DNA of 64,000 nt, taken from positions 27,046 to 91,045 of the forward strand of contig CAVJWJ010000001.1 of NCBI GenBank assembly GCA_963653375.1. The letters are read 5' to 3'. Below the pieces are notes generated by a model. It did no database searches. It was not told the DNA's origin and saw nothing but the letters and a program-made list of their open reading frames with translations. The position numbers were made by a program, and so were the translations under genes. How positions within the stretch are numbered: position 1 is the stretch's first letter; each line of letters opens with the position of its first letter. Source of the stretch: Roseburia sp. CAG:303 (GTDB taxonomy: Bacteria > Actinomycetota > Coriobacteriia > Coriobacteriales > Coriobacteriaceae). Positions 40,549-50,002 of this stretch are shown here, in pieces.

Positions 40549-42153
40549 ATGGCATCCAAGCCCCAGACCCTTGCCACTACCTCAGCCTTTGAGATTCTTG
40601 GCCCCATCATGGTGGGACCTTCGTCGTCTCACACGGCAGGAGCGCTGCGCTGCGCGCAAGTGGCTGCGTCACTCATTGAGGGCAACGTGCAATCAGTGAC
40701 CTTTACCCTGTGGAATAGTTTTGCTCATACCTATCGAGGGCACGGCACCGACCGCGCCCTCGTAGCTGGCATTCTTGGCCTTGACACCGACGACGAGCGT
40801 ATTCGTTTTGCCTTTGAGCTCGCACAAGAACGCGGCCTTGCCTATCACTTTGTAATTGCCGGCGATGATGACACGCTGCACCCCAATACGGTTGATATTG
40901 AGATGGAAAGCGACAACGGAACCAGCATTTCCGTGCGCGGCGAAAGCCTCGGCGGAGCCAAAATGCGCATTAGTCGCATTAATGGCGTAGGCGTGGATAT
41001 CTCCGGCATGTACAGTACGCTGTTTGTGGCCCACCGAGATGTTCCTGGCGTTCTTGCTGCGCTTACCAACCTGCTTGCCTATTCGCACGTCAACATTGCG
41101 TTTTGCCGCACCTACCGCACAGAACTCGGCGGCCAGGCCTATTCTGTTTTCGAAACCGATGGAGCTGCTGATGCAGCAGTGCTTCCCATGGTGCGCAACC
41201 TCGATCATGTTGACTATGCCACCTTCATTGAGCTGCCTGGTTCTACTTCTTCTCTTGCCCCAGGCGTCAGCACACCAGAGCTCTTTGACGATGGCGCGCA
41301 GCTTCTTGATGCCTGCGAGCAACATAATTGCTCTGTTGGCGAGGTCATGAAGCTTCGCGAAGAACGCCTAACAGGCACCAACCGTGCCCAAACAGCCATA
41401 GCGCGCGTTATTGAAGTCATGCGTGAAGAAACCACCTCAGCGCTAACCGAGCCACACATATCGCTGGGCGGCTTTATTGGAGGCGAGGCAAAACAGGTAG
41501 CAACAGCTTCTGCACACCTTGCAGCAGGCCTTATGGGCACGGTACAAACCGATGCCTGCGCTCGTGCGCTCGCAGTGCTTGAACGCAGCGCTTCCATGGG
41601 TGTAATTGTTGCCGCCCCCACAGCTGGCTCTGCAGGCGTGGTTCCCGGATGCGTACTTGCCGTAGCCGAACATCTCTCCCTGAACCAAGCCGCCGTGGAG
41701 TCGGCACTCTACTGCGCCTCGGCCGTTGGCCTGCTCCTAGCAACGGAGGCATGCGTGGCAGGTGCCAAAGGCGGCTGCCAAGCCGAAGTAGGAAGTGCTG
41801 CCGCCATGTCGGCCGCTGCTCTTGTTCAAATGCATGGTGGCACGCCAAAGCAGGCACTCGACGCCGCCTCGCTTGCCTTGTCTAACCTGCTTGGTCTTGT
41901 ATGCGACCCCGTAGGCGGCCTTGTTGAAGTTCCCTGCCAAACGCGCAATATCATTGGCGTAGCAGCTGCGTTTTCTGCTGCACAACTCGTGCTTTCGGGC
42001 GTTGGCTCGCTGCTACCTTTTGACGAAATGGCCAAGGTTATGCTCGCTGTGGGCCACGCTCTTCCCGCAAGCCTGCGCGAGACTGCCAAGGGCGGCATAG
42101 CCGCCTCTCCAGCAGCACGGAGCGCCTGCGCATCCTGCGGAATCTGCGCCTGA
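40549..42153 (+). CDS. sdaA: L-serine ammonia-lyase (Fe-S type), fused beta-alpha chain
   Basis: 534 aa. 'ILGPIMVGPSSSHTAG' lies at the N-terminus. An ACT-like middle part is followed by an alpha-subunit region with 'GCQAEVGSAAAM'. This is a single polypeptide, unlike the split sdaAB/sdaAA genes common in Gram-positives. Confidence 0.88.
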   Translation: MASKPQTLATTSAFEILGPIMVGPSSSHTAGALRCAQVAASLIEGNVQSVTFTLWNSFAHTYRGHGTDRALVAGILGLDTDDERIRFAFELAQERGLAYHFVIAGDDDTLHPNTVDIEMESDNGTSISVRGESLGGAKMRISRINGVGVDISGMYSTLFVAHRDVPGVLAALTNLLAYSHVNIAFCRTYRTELGGQAYSVFETDGAADAAVLPMVRNLDHVDYATFIELPGSTSSLAPGVSTPELFDDGAQLLDACEQHNCSVGEVMKLREERLTGTNRAQTAIARVIEVMREETTSALTEPHISLGGFIGGEAKQVATASAHLAAGLMGTVQTDACARALAVLERSASMGVIVAAPTAGSAGVVPGCVLAVAEHLSLNQAAVESALYCASAVGLLLATEACVAGAKGGCQAEVGSAAAMSAAALVQMHGGTPKQALDAASLALSNLLGLVCDPVGGLVEVPCQTRNIIGVAAAFSAAQLVLSGVGSLLPFDEMAKVMLAVGHALPASLRETAKGGIAASPAARSACASCGICA

Positions 42154-42258
42154 TACGTAGATTCTTAAAAGGTTAGTTCTGAGCAGTCAGTCTATCTTCA
42201 AACAGGTATAATCCACCAGGTTACGCTACACAGTTCATATCTTTTGAGGATTGTTGAC

Positions 42259-43929
42259 ATGTCTTTCGACGCTGATCAATTTGACTCTGCGGCTCACGCA
42301 AACCGCATGCAACCCAATATTACTAACCCCATGCCAGGCCAAGCTGCCCACGCAGCACATGCACAGTCGCATGCGCAAGCTACACGTGTTTTCTCCGCGC
42401 AAGAGCATACGTATCCCACCATGGATCAGGCTGAAAGCTTCCATTTTCCAGGAGGCTCCTCTGAATACGATGAAGAGCCCAGCCACAATAGAAACAAAAT
42501 CATTGCTTGCGTTGTTGTTGGCGTGATTGCTGTTGTATACGTTGCAGGCGTTGTTGCGTTTTCCAATCTGTACTACCCCAACACCACTATTGCAGGTGTA
42601 GATGTCTCACTCTCCTCTGCCGGCGCCGCCGCAGATAAAATTGAGTCTTCAATCTCCAACTACAGCTTGAACGTAACGGGCTGCGGACTCGATTGGACCT
42701 ACTCCCCCGCCGAGGGAACCTACTCAATCGATGCCCAGGCCGAGGCCAATGCCGTACTCCAAGCTGATTCTGCCTTTGCATGGCCCGTACGCCTGATTCA
42801 AACGCTCGCCTCTGGCAATACACGCGCTCAAGAAGTTGAAAAGAGCTCCTCGATTAAGGCAACTTACAACACTGACGACTTCACTTCGCAGCTCACTGCC
42901 GCAGTAGACTCCTTTAACGAAGGTCGCACTGGCACCTTTGATGCCGCAGGTGCGTACGACGAATCTCAGGGTAAGTTCACGGTTGAAAAGGCCCGCTCAA
43001 GCCAGCGCCTGAGCTACGACTCCGTACTTACTGCCGCTACCGCAGCTCTCGAAACCGCGCAGCCTACCTGCACTATTGATGATTCTGCCTACGAACAGCT
43101 CGCAGGTGGAGCTACTGATGAGCAGCTGCAGACTGCCTGCGATGCAGCCAACGAGCTTTTGGGCGTGAATGTCAATCTCACTATGGGCGGCCAGACGGTA
43201 GCCACTCTTGATGGTAAGCAGATGTGCCAGTGGATTACCTTTGACGATTCACTCAACCCCACGCTGAACCAGGATTCACTGAGCGCATGGATTCGAGAGC
43301 TGGCTTCTACCTCGCTTGATACTGCTGGCAGCACACGTACCTACACTCGCCCCGATGGTAAGCAGATTACTGCTTCTGGCGGCAACTACGGCTGGATTAG
43401 CGACGAGGCCACTCTTGCAACCAAGATTCAAGAGGCCGTTGCCAATAAACAGACGGGCGATATTGAGATTCCAACCAAGCAGACAGCTGCTAAGTACGCC
43501 GGTGCTGGCCAGCCCGACTGGGGTGCTTATGTTGACGTTGACCTTGGTGAACAGCATGCCTACTACTACGATGCCGATGGCAATCTTCTGTGGGATTCTG
43601 GCATCATCAGCGGCAATCCCAACGAGGGCAACGCTACCTCTACCGGCATCTATATCCTGAACAGCAAAGAGCGCAACGTTCAGCTCACGGGCAAAAAGGA
43701 TCCCAACACGGGACAGCCCATCTACATTTCCTATGTTGACTACTGGATGGCTTTCATCGGTGGTGCCGTGGGTCTCCATGATGCCAGCTGGCAGGCAACG
43801 GAGAATTTCTCGAACCCCGAGGCCTACAAGAGCGTTGGTAGCCATGGTTGCGTAAACCTGCCGCCCGACAAAGCTGCAGCCCTTTATGACATTATCAACG
43901 TGGGCGACTGCGTGATTGTGCACGACTAA
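42259..43929 (+). CDS. L,D-transpeptidase family protein (membrane-anchored)
   Basis: The C-terminal YkuD domain carries the catalytic motif 'GSHGCVNLP'. A single TM helix 'IIACVVVGVIAVVYVAGVVAF' follows a His/Gln/Ala-rich cytoplasmic N-terminus. The start at the ATG at 42259 follows GAGGA. Confidence 0.85.
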   Translation: MSFDADQFDSAAHANRMQPNITNPMPGQAAHAAHAQSHAQATRVFSAQEHTYPTMDQAESFHFPGGSSEYDEEPSHNRNKIIACVVVGVIAVVYVAGVVAFSNLYYPNTTIAGVDVSLSSAGAAADKIESSISNYSLNVTGCGLDWTYSPAEGTYSIDAQAEANAVLQADSAFAWPVRLIQTLASGNTRAQEVEKSSSIKATYNTDDFTSQLTAAVDSFNEGRTGTFDAAGAYDESQGKFTVEKARSSQRLSYDSVLTAATAALETAQPTCTIDDSAYEQLAGGATDEQLQTACDAANELLGVNVNLTMGGQTVATLDGKQMCQWITFDDSLNPTLNQDSLSAWIRELASTSLDTAGSTRTYTRPDGKQITASGGNYGWISDEATLATKIQEAVANKQTGDIEIPTKQTAAKYAGAGQPDWGAYVDVDLGEQHAYYYDADGNLLWDSGIISGNPNEGNATSTGIYILNSKERNVQLTGKKDPNTGQPIYISYVDYWMAFIGGAVGLHDASWQATENFSNPEAYKSVGSHGCVNLPPDKAAALYDIINVGDCVIVHD

Positions 43930-44039
43930 TAGACGAATAGCGCGTTAATTTAGAAGGCCCCAGGTTATTCTTCTGAACGATTCCACAGCCCAAAGGGCGA
44001 GGACCAGTCAACAAGAAAACCTGAGGCCTTCTTGTTGGC

Positions 44040-44660
44040 CTACAGCCTGCCTTCGAGTGAGGATAGGCCCTTGAGAACTAGGTCGTTTGCTACGCCAGAA
44101 ACACGCTCAATGGGTACTGAGCCATCAGAGAGCACCCAGGCACGGTAGATACCAACAATACCGCTCAGCAAAAACGAGAGATAGAACTCAAAGAGCTCAT
44201 CAGGCAGATCAACAGGCGCAATGCGTCCATCCTTCAAATCGCGCTCAAGCGGCTTTCTAATGCGGCTAATAAGCTCCTCTGCAGGAAGCGTCTCGAACAG
44301 GCGCTTATTTAGCACGATATTCTCGCGCACCGCCTTATTAATAACGCTGAAGAATGAATTAGAAGCCACGCTCACATCATCAAGCGATGCGGCCTCGTGA
44401 CCACCCAACGCTTCTTCCACCGAAGAAACAATGAAAGAAACGGCATCCTCGGCGATAGCGTCCAACAAACCATCGATGCTACCAAAGTGCAGGTAGAAGG
44501 TCTTACGATCAATATCTGCCTCACGCGCAATAGAGCTGATAGTAATCTCGTTCAGCTCTTTCTTTTCCAACAGACGCTCAAAAGCCTCCATGATGGCACG
44601 GCGCGTGCGCACAACGCGACGGTCAACACGGACGGTATCTTTTGCAGCATTCGTAGACAT
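44040..44660 (-). CDS. TetR/AcrR family transcriptional regulator
   Basis: 206 aa. The N-terminal HTH region reads 'ITISSIAREADIDRKTFYLHFGSIDGLL'. Confidence 0.9.
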   Translation of the reverse strand: MSTNAAKDTVRVDRRVVRTRRAIMEAFERLLEKKELNEITISSIAREADIDRKTFYLHFGSIDGLLDAIAEDAVSFIVSSVEEALGGHEAASLDDVSVASNSFFSVINKAVRENIVLNKRLFETLPAEELISRIRKPLERDLKDGRIAPVDLPDELFEFYLSFLLSGIVGIYRAWVLSDGSVPIERVSGVANDLVLKGLSSLEGRL

Positions 44661-44703
44661 TTCAAGCTCCTCCGTGTCTTAATTCACATCCGCCCATACC
44701 TCT

Positions 44704-44776
44704 GTTGAATTGTCAAATTTATTGAATAATTCAATTCAACGTTTGTTGAATATATCACGAATGGGTACTATTCAAC
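44704..44776. promoter_or_regulatory. Nested TTGAAT/ATTCAA inverted repeats (candidate TetR operators) in the divergent tetR / radical-SAM intergenic region
   Basis: GTTGAATTG (44704-44712) pairs with CAATTCAAC (44732-44740). An inner palindrome TTGAAT-A-ATTCAA spans 44722-44734. A further pair is GTTGAAT (44745-44751) and ATTCAAC (44770-44776). Confidence 0.55.
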
Positions 44777-44882
44777 TTGTGTTTGACGCGAGCGGAACAT
44801 TCCACAGCTGTTGTCCATAGTGGCAAACGTTACCGCAGCTGCTATGGCCGCTCTCGTCATCGTGTCTACAGGAGGGAAGCAC

Positions 44883-46316
44883 ATGTCCATCAAGCAAAGC
44901 GCTGAACGCGCTGCGCTCAACAAGCTCATCGATTATCTCAATGACAATCCCGAGGAACACGTTGATAAGATCATGGACCTCATCAACAAACTCGTGCCCG
45001 ATAACGTGTTCCCCGTACAACGCGCTGCCATTACCGATGTCATCAAGAGCCGCGGCAACTGGTACGAGCTCATCATGCATCTGTTCCAGCTCAATCCCGA
45101 GATGCGCACCAAGCTGCTTAAGGCGCTTATCGTAGATGGCAACATCCTTGCATGGCCACAGCAGGAACGCGCGCGTGAACAGTATCAGTGCAACATTCCT
45201 TGGGCCATCCTGCTCGACCCCACCAGCGCCTGCAATCTTCACTGTACCGGTTGCTGGGCTGCCGAGTACGGCCACAAGCTGAACCTCTCCTTTGAGGATA
45301 TCGACTCCATCATTACTCAGGGCAAAGAGCTGGGCTGCCACATCTACATTTACACCGGTGGTGAGCCGCTCGTACGCAAGGCAGACCTCATTAAGATTTG
45401 CGAGAAGCACCCTGATTGTGCCTTCCTGTGCTTTACCAATTCCACACTCATTGACGAGGCATTCTGTCAGGACATGATTCGCGTGGGCAACTTTGTTCCC
45501 GCCATCTCTGCCGAGGGTAACGAACACACCACCGACGCCCGCCGCGGCGAAGGAACGTACGCCAAGATTGAGCATGCTATGGGGCTCCTGCGCGAGCACA
45601 AGCTGCCCTTTGGTATCTCTTGCTGCTGGACAAGCGCAAATGCCGATGCTGTTGCCACCGAAGAGAATATCGACTGGATGATTAACGAAGGCGCGCTCTT
45701 CTGCTGGTACTTCCACTTTATGCCTGTAGGCCGCGATGCCTCTCCCGAGCTTATGCCTACCCCCGAGCAGCGCGAGCGCATGTATCACTTTGTCCGTGAG
45801 ATGCGTAAAACAAAGCCGCTGTTCACCCTCGACTTCCAAAACGATGGCGAGTTTGTAGGCGGTTGCATTGCCGGCGGACGCCGCTATCTGCACATCAACG
45901 CAGCAGGCGATGTAGAGCCATGCGTGTTCATCCACTACTCCAATGCAAACATCCACAATGTAAGTCTTATCGACGCTCTTCGCTCTCCCCTCTTTATGAA
46001 GTACTACGAGGGTCAGCCGTTCAACGACAACTATCTCAAACCCTGCCCCATGCTGGAGAATCCCGACAAGCTGCCGCAGATGGTGGCAGAATCTGGCGCT
46101 CACTCCACTGACCTGATGGAGAAGGAGAGCCCGGAGCAGCTGCGTGCTAAGACAGTTGCCGCCGCCGAGGCTTGGTCGCCCGTGGCAAAGCGTTTGTGGG
46201 AAGACAAAGCAGATCCCCTTCACGACAAGCGCACAAACGACAAGACCCAGGGCATGGCCGAATCTGACATGCATAAATTTGCAGCTCAAGGCCGTGTTTT
46301 AAAGTCTGAGTACTAA
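44883..46316 (+). CDS. Radical SAM protein with a partial SPASM (twitch-like) C-terminal motif, function unknown
   Basis: The cluster motif 'CNLHCTGCW' (CxxxCxxC) sits about 125 aa from the N-terminus, followed by 'YIYTGGEPL'. Downstream, 'C-IAGGRRYLHINAA-G-DVEP-C' fits CX9-15GX4C, but no CX2CX5CX3C follows. The start at the ATG at 44883 follows GGAGGGA. Confidence 0.8.
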   Translation: MSIKQSAERAALNKLIDYLNDNPEEHVDKIMDLINKLVPDNVFPVQRAAITDVIKSRGNWYELIMHLFQLNPEMRTKLLKALIVDGNILAWPQQERAREQYQCNIPWAILLDPTSACNLHCTGCWAAEYGHKLNLSFEDIDSIITQGKELGCHIYIYTGGEPLVRKADLIKICEKHPDCAFLCFTNSTLIDEAFCQDMIRVGNFVPAISAEGNEHTTDARRGEGTYAKIEHAMGLLREHKLPFGISCCWTSANADAVATEENIDWMINEGALFCWYFHFMPVGRDASPELMPTPEQRERMYHFVREMRKTKPLFTLDFQNDGEFVGGCIAGGRRYLHINAAGDVEPCVFIHYSNANIHNVSLIDALRSPLFMKYYEGQPFNDNYLKPCPMLENPDKLPQMVAESGAHSTDLMEKESPEQLRAKTVAAAEAWSPVAKRLWEDKADPLHDKRTNDKTQGMAESDMHKFAAQGRVLKSEY

Positions 46317-46344
46317 GTGCTTGTAATCTAATTGCACTTTAGGC

Positions 46345-46385
46345 AAAGCCCGTTGCGTACAACCGCGGCGGGCTTTCGATTTTTA
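46345..46385 (+). terminator. Intrinsic terminator after the radical SAM gene
   Basis: The stem AAAGCCCGTTGCG ... CGCGGCGGGCTTT contains two G-U pairs and is followed by CGATTTTT. Confidence 0.6.
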
Positions 46386-46431
46386 CCATAGCGGAGACTA
46401 TACTGAGACACATCGCAACCGATTCGAAGGG

Positions 46432-47910
46432 ATGCTCATGGACAAGAGCACTGCGCCCATGCATGCCGAGCAACCAACCGAAGTAATTCCTCCTGTTGTG
46501 CCAACCATCTCCGCAGCACCTGGTACTCAGGATGCCACGACTCCAAATGCCAGCTCAGAAGATGATGAACTGGGCTCAGATGCGCAGGCATACGCCGCAC
46601 TCAAGGCACGCCGCGCAGAACGCCGCCGCAAGAAGCTCATCCATCGTGGCATTGCTGCTGGCGTTCTTGTTGCTGCAATCGCCATTGCTTTACTCGTGGT
46701 TCACATACTGAGCCAAGAGCCCGAAACAACGGTTGAGCCCATGACCGACTTTGTAACGCGCGGCACGTTCTCGACCCAAACGTCTGGTAAAGGCACACTC
46801 AAGCCGCTTTCCGCTACAACCATCTCCCCTAGCGTAGACGGCACGGTAGCAGAAGTGCGCGTAGCAAGTGGTCAAACCGTGGCTGCAGGCGATGTGCTTA
46901 TGACTATTAAGAATGACGACCTTGACCAGGCAGTATCAGATGCAGAGCGCACGCTCAAAGATGCCCAGGCAGACCTTTCCTCAGCACAAAATGCCCTTGC
47001 AACCGCAAAAGCGGGAACAACCACTGTTGACGAAGAAGGCAACGAAACCTGGGTTGAAGGCGACACCCAAAGCGCGCAGGAGCAAGTGAACTCTGCCCAG
47101 CGCGCCGTGGAAACAGCACAATCGGCACTCTCTCAGGCTCAGGCAAAAGCAGCCGAGCGCACGGTATATGCGCCTGCGGCTGGCAGTGTAATTGACCTCA
47201 ATGTGCAAGTTGGCTCTGTCATCAATGGCGGCTCAGTTACTTCTAGCGGAGACTCTGGCTCCAAAGAGCCTATGCAGATTGCAGATCTCTCCCAAATGCG
47301 CGTTACCGTGCAGATTGACGAGGAGAGCATCACCAAGATTGCAACCGGCCAAACTGTTGAAGTTACCTTCCCCGCTATCGAAGGTCTCACTTGCCAGGGG
47401 ACCGTAGAGAATATCGCCTCGGTCGCAAGTGCCGATTCATCCTCCTACTACGGTGGCAGCTCGTCTGCGAGCTTTGATGTTGATGTGCTTATCCCCACGC
47501 CCGACAGCCGCCTTAAGCCCGGCATGACAGCACAGGTTTCCATTATTACGCAGCAGATTGACGACGTGATTATGGTTCCCACGCAAGCACTGCTTACCGA
47601 CGACGGCGAGAACTACTACGTACGCGTTGAGACAGACTCCGAGACGCACGAATACAAAGAGGTTAACGTTCAGGTCTTTGCTCAGGACGACAACTATGCC
47701 GTTGTCGGCCGCCCTGACGACTCAGGCGATGCAGAAGACCAGGCCGCAAGTGGCGATGTCAATAATCCCGACGAGACTACCAATGACACATCCTCATCAA
47801 CCTCTAACGCCTCACTCCCCGTCTCAGAACTCCACGAGGGCGATACCCTGATTATCTCTCTTGGTAGCGACCAGGCGGATTTTGACTCCGACACCGATTC
47901 TGGGATGTAA
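46432..47910 (+). CDS. Efflux transporter periplasmic adaptor (HlyD/MacA-like membrane fusion protein)
   Basis: 492 aa. A cytoplasmic N-terminus and one TM helix precede the lipoyl-like 'VDGTVAEVRVASGQTVAAGDVLMTI'. A coiled-coil rich in A/Q/E, 'VYAPAAGSVIDL' and an acidic Ser/Asp tail follow. The ATG at 46438 is an alternative start. Confidence 0.85.
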   Translation: MLMDKSTAPMHAEQPTEVIPPVVPTISAAPGTQDATTPNASSEDDELGSDAQAYAALKARRAERRRKKLIHRGIAAGVLVAAIAIALLVVHILSQEPETTVEPMTDFVTRGTFSTQTSGKGTLKPLSATTISPSVDGTVAEVRVASGQTVAAGDVLMTIKNDDLDQAVSDAERTLKDAQADLSSAQNALATAKAGTTTVDEEGNETWVEGDTQSAQEQVNSAQRAVETAQSALSQAQAKAAERTVYAPAAGSVIDLNVQVGSVINGGSVTSSGDSGSKEPMQIADLSQMRVTVQIDEESITKIATGQTVEVTFPAIEGLTCQGTVENIASVASADSSSYYGGSSSASFDVDVLIPTPDSRLKPGMTAQVSIITQQIDDVIMVPTQALLTDDGENYYVRVETDSETHEYKEVNVQVFAQDDNYAVVGRPDDSGDAEDQAASGDVNNPDETTNDTSSSTSNASLPVSELHEGDTLIISLGSDQADFDSDTDSGM

Positions 47911-47911
47911 T

Positions 47912-48631
47912 ATGCGTCCCGTTATTGATATCCGTCATATACATCGTATCTTTGAGAGCGAAGCTGGTATCTCGCATATCCTGCACGATGTTTCACTCTC
48001 CGTCATGCCTGGCGAGTTTCTTGCCATCACGGGCCCCTCAGGCTCGGGCAAATCAACGCTGATGAATATCCTAGGATGCCTGGATACTCCTACGTGTGGC
48101 ACGTATCACCTAGAAGGCCTAAATGTTGCCCAGCTCACCGATGATGAACTAGCAGAAGTACGTGCTACACGCATTGGCTTTGTATTTCAGAGCTTTAACC
48201 TGCTGCCGCGCATGAGCGTACTTGATAACGTCATGCTGCCACTCTCCTACACAGGCACGCCCCGCTCCGAGCGAGAGCGCCTTGCGGTACACGCCTTGCG
48301 TTCCGTAGCACTGCCCGTTGACCACTATGATCACCGAACCAACGAGCTTTCTGGCGGTCAAATGCAGCGTGTTGCCATTGCGCGCGCCCTGGTAAACGAC
48401 CCAGCTATTATCTTGGCTGATGAGCCCACAGGCAACCTTGACTCAGCCACTGGCCAGATGGTTATGGAAACCTTCCATACTCTCAAGCGCGCTGGAAAAA
48501 CCATCGTGCTCATTACCCACGATTCGAGCGTTGCAGCCCAAGCCGACCGCGCTGTCATTATCCGCGATGGTCGCCTTTCCGAGGCACCGCGCGGGCGTCA
48601 CATGGCTCAGATTACCGGAGGTACCCTATGA
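47912..48631 (+). CDS. ABC transporter ATP-binding protein (MacB/LolD family)
   Basis: Walker A 'GPSGSGKST', signature 'LSGGQMQRVAIARAL' and Walker B 'IILADEPTGNLD'. The ATG at 47912 lies 1 nt after the upstream TAA stop. Confidence 0.93.
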   Translation: MRPVIDIRHIHRIFESEAGISHILHDVSLSVMPGEFLAITGPSGSGKSTLMNILGCLDTPTCGTYHLEGLNVAQLTDDELAEVRATRIGFVFQSFNLLPRMSVLDNVMLPLSYTGTPRSERERLAVHALRSVALPVDHYDHRTNELSGGQMQRVAIARALVNDPAIILADEPTGNLDSATGQMVMETFHTLKRAGKTIVLITHDSSVAAQADRAVIIRDGRLSEAPRGRHMAQITGGTL

Positions 48632-49854
48632 GCTTCTCCGATCTGCTGCGCGAGGCCCTGCGCGCACTTGATGCCAACCGTGGACGCAGTCTCTTAACTA
48701 TCCTGGGCATTGTGATTGGCATTGGCGCCGTTATTGCAATGACCTCGTTTATCGGCGGCATTCAGAACAACCTGCTAGGCGGGCTCGGCCTTAATGCTGC
48801 GCGCGTTATCAATATCAGCACGCTAATTGCCACAGACGACAACGACCTTGAAAAGCTTATGCGCTCCATGCCCGAGCTTGAGACCGTTGAAGGTTCTATC
48901 AGTGGCTACACAGAGCTTACCAAGAACGACAAAACGATTAACGTAGGCCTTACGGGCTGCTCAGGCACCTATGTGAGTCTCATGGGTCAGTCACTCGCAC
49001 AGGGCAGGCTCTATACCGAGCAAGAATGCACAAGCTCCTCACGCGTAGCTGTCGTAGGACGCTCTGCACTAAAAGCACTCTTTGATAACCCCAATGAACA
49101 GGCTGTAGGCAAAACCTTCACGCTTAAAAACAAAACGTACACCATTGTGGGCGTGCTTGAAGAAAGTGGCATGAGCGATGGTTCGTACTTTGAGGTCTAC
49201 ATGCCTGCTGAGACCCTCAAACACGATTGGGGCGTCAGCGACGAAATCTACAATGCTATAGCCCTCATTCGCGAAGGCGGAGATGTTGAAGCTATAGCCA
49301 CCGATGTGCAAACCAAGCTCAAAGAGATTATGGGTGCTACGGACGACTCAGACGATCAAGGAGACGCTGTAAACACCTACACCATGAAGAGCAGCATTGA
49401 TTCGCTCAATAGCTTTATGGGCTCTTTCCAGCTCATTATGGGAGCCGTATCGGGCATCTCGCTTCTGGTGGGTGGCATTGGCATTATGAACATGATGCTC
49501 ACCAATGTGACCGAGCGTATTCGTGAGATTGGAATTCGCCGTGCGCTTGGAGCCACAAGGAGAGACATTAGCCTGCAATTTCTCACCGAGTCGGCACTCA
49601 TTTGCGTGCTTGGTGGCTTGCTAGGTTCAGTTCTCGGCTATCTAGCCGCCTGGGTGCTCTCCCTCGTGGGAGGCAACCTAGGCATTGTTAGCGCACTGGG
49701 AGGCGAAGATGGTGCAGCACTTACGCCTGCCATCTCAGCCTCAACCGTTGCCATGGCAATTGGTTTCTCTATTGTTATCGGCTTGATTTTTGGATTCTAT
49801 CCCGCCCGTAAGGCAGCAAAGATGGACCCCGTGGAGTGCCTGCGCTACCAGTAA
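48628..49854 (+). CDS. ABC transporter permease (MacB-type, FtsX domain)
   Basis: 408 aa. The first helix, 'RSLLTILGIVIGIGAVIAM', is followed by a ~220-aa extracytoplasmic domain and three C-terminal helices with 'REIGIRRALGATRRDI'. The start shows a 4-nt ATGA overlap with the ATPase gene. Confidence 0.9.
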   Translation: MSFSDLLREALRALDANRGRSLLTILGIVIGIGAVIAMTSFIGGIQNNLLGGLGLNAARVINISTLIATDDNDLEKLMRSMPELETVEGSISGYTELTKNDKTINVGLTGCSGTYVSLMGQSLAQGRLYTEQECTSSSRVAVVGRSALKALFDNPNEQAVGKTFTLKNKTYTIVGVLEESGMSDGSYFEVYMPAETLKHDWGVSDEIYNAIALIREGGDVEAIATDVQTKLKEIMGATDDSDDQGDAVNTYTMKSSIDSLNSFMGSFQLIMGAVSGISLLVGGIGIMNMMLTNVTERIREIGIRRALGATRRDISLQFLTESALICVLGGLLGSVLGYLAAWVLSLVGGNLGIVSALGGEDGAALTPAISASTVAMAIGFSIVIGLIFGFYPARKAAKMDPVECLRYQ

Positions 49855-50002
49855 AGACTGCGGATTACCTACAGTGAGTAGCTGCACGGGAAGTCCACGG
49901 TCTTCCCACAGCCAGCCACAACGCCCACAAAACAACGCGGGCAAGGTAGTCTCAGGTCAGTGAAATCTCAACCAAACGCATTACTGCACAACGCGGTTCA
50001 AA

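Noticed and set aside
43952-44036. A 15-nt inverted repeat (AGAAGGCCCCAGGTT / AACCTGAGGCCTTCT) with a ~51-nt spacer, plus an inner 8-bp hairpin, between the ldt and tetR genes.
   Set aside because: It could be a convergent terminator structure, but neither strand has a clear U-tract and the loop is long. That is too weak to annotate.
44772-46289. A 505-aa minus-strand ORF opposite the radical-SAM gene.
   Set aside because: It shows the same in-register shadow effect. The sense frame carries clear radical-SAM motifs and a strong RBS, and the antisense product has no motifs.
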